From Lytechinus pictus (lineage: Eukaryota): a stretch of DNA of 64,000 bases. Under the pieces are notes generated by a model. That model did no database searches. It saw nothing but the letters and a program-made list of their open reading frames with translations, and was not told the DNA's origin. Every line of letters begins with the position of its first letter. The stretch's first letter is position 1. This document shows positions 62,214-64,000 of this stretch, in pieces. The stretch spans positions 10,170,001-10,234,000 of the forward strand of contig NC_087249.1 in assembly GCF_037042905.1 (NCBI RefSeq), written 5' to 3'. The position numbers were made by a program, and so were the translations under genes.

Positions 62214-62599
62214 AGATAAATGAAAGTAGTTGCAGTAAACACTGATTTCACGAGAAAGTCTGTAAAACCAGGCTTAATTGTCATATCATCGAGGATCTAG
62301 ATCTGGTACAGTTACATCAACTGAACTTTGTGAAATCTTGAAATCTACGCTGAAAAATGTTCACACTGAAGATCACCAACACAGATAAGCACGTGGGACA
62401 GTGTATTATCATTGCCTTGAATGTCGGCCCCACGCTTGACCCGAATCCTGTGCTTATTTGCTAATTCCTCAGCAATTACACAATTTCTTCCAGAATCCTT
62501 TGGCACATATTTTTTATTTATAAAAACAGACACTTTGGTGGTAATTTCATTGGATTCTGTACGAACTCATTTTGAAATCGTTACAACTGGCATTTATCT
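62214..62599. mobile_element. Kolobok-like MITE nested in a Harbinger-like MITE (~62064-62632)
   Basis: TTAA|AGATAAATG...CATTTATCT|TTAA; host ends GGGGCCGTTCACAAAGCTGTTC / GAACAGCTTTATGAAACACCC with CTG flanks. Confidence 0.78.
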
Positions 62600-64000
62600 T
62601 TAACTTTCTGAACAGCTTTATGAAACACCCACCTGGGTGGATTTTGATAAAGCTGATTGTTTGTTACACATGATCTTATACACACTTGAAGTCTTATACA
62701 CACTTTACACGCACTCTATGCACACATTTCAAAGCATGACTGAAAAAAAACTACCCTGAATCAGACACCCCAAATGGGGGTGCATTCCCAGTTTATATAA
62801 CTCGTCAAATTTTGAAAAAATATTGTATTTCCATTCTAATGCTTGGTAATATAATTCTAATCTAAAAAGATTAATTTCAACTACACCTGATAGGAATAAA
62901 AAAGATTGATAATCTGTGGAGCATTTCATCAACATTTTGTCTGACAAGTTGTCAGATCCGACATCATTCCTTGATTTTGATTGGCTGAGAAGCATGTTAC
63001 TATGGCAACTGTCAGATAAAACAAAACTTGTCTGATGAAACATCTGACTAATCCTTTCATGAAACGTTACCAAGATTTAGCAACTAATAATGGTCGCAAG
63101 TTGTGCATGAAGTTGCGAGTAACTTACAAACGGCTTTATCAAACACCATCCAGTATAAAAAGAATGAAAGCTTTACTACAGGCACGAGCCATAACCATAA
63201 TGTCCTTGACTTCAACTTGAGTCACCAGTCAAGGAGACCATTCCTCAACCACTCAGCCATTGTCCCTCATATCAAAGATAACAATTTTAAAATGAGTTCG
63301 TACAGAATCCAATCATGATCACCCAGGTGTCTATATGACTGTATTAATGACAAATTTGTGCCAAAGGATTCTGAAAGAATTTGTGTAATTCATAAAACTA
63401 CTATTAAAAAAATGCAACACATAAATCATTTGCATCCTACATATCTCCCAAAATATACATTCTGATTTAAATTACACCATGATATAATCTTATTCACTTT
63501 ACACCAAAATTATTTATTCTTAGAGATCAAATTACAATATTGCTTTAAGAGAAAAAAATACTCTTACATGTACTATAAGTAATAATTGATAATTACCAGA
63601 ATAGCACTTGTACATATATAACCATTTTCTTAGTCTTCAAACTCTAGTCATGGAGATAATAGATATATCTATTTTTAGAACAAAACTAGGAAAATTCCCA
63701 CTACCCAGCTCCATGTCTCTCTAGATAATATTGTCCTTTAAAAATACAGAAAAAATACGAACTATCCATAGATCGAACAATACAAATAAGAAATACATGG
63801 CTTATTCAGATATTCCATAAATTGAGAAGGCAAGGCTATCTGATATTTTACAAGCCAATATTTCAGTGAACATACATTTTCATGATTTTTTTAAAAAACC
63901 ATTCTCCACATTTATGAGTTGTTTATATTCACAATTCTGAGCCGTTTCATGACTCACAACTATGGTAACTTTTCCATTTTATTGTAACGGACATGGAATC

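Noticed and set aside
60100..64000. 3' UTR of a convergent minus-strand gene
   Set aside because: AT-rich with minus-strand AATAAA near 60127, but no coding exon is visible in the window to support it.

Overview
Eukaryotic, AT-rich and extremely transposon-dense genomic DNA. The repeat landscape suggests a marine invertebrate, probably a sea urchin or other echinoderm (inference). Two spliced protein-coding genes can be built by hand. (1) A + strand centromere protein H (CENP-H) gene with 6 coding exons at 46572-58520 (269 aa) and a probable non-coding first exon ending at 34481. (2) A - strand 5-exon gene at 8076-14816 (256 aa) encoding signal peptide + EGF-like + farnesoic-acid-O-methyltransferase-like (FAMeT/Methyltransf_FA) domains. 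Gene 2 lies in a tandem segmental duplication (~9.2-16.6 kb vs ~20.9-33.6 kb). The second copy keeps only two exons: an identical EGF exon and a FAMeT exon that differs almost only at non-synonymous sites. The remainder is nested TEs: L2/CR1-type LINEs, an R4/Dong-type LINE in a (TAA)n tract, and hAT-, Kolobok-, Harbinger-, Tc1- and EnSpm-like non-autonomous elements, plus tRNA-derived SINEs. Most unusual: a ~0.9-kb foldback carrying two divergent cloverleaf tRNA-like genes with a UCA anticodon and Pol III terminators; a modular 9-bp-TSD element family sharing one terminal hairpin and clustered in the 5' introns of CENP-H; and a CENP-H 3' UTR minisatellite made from the gene's own last codons. 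All calls were made by eye, without database searches.
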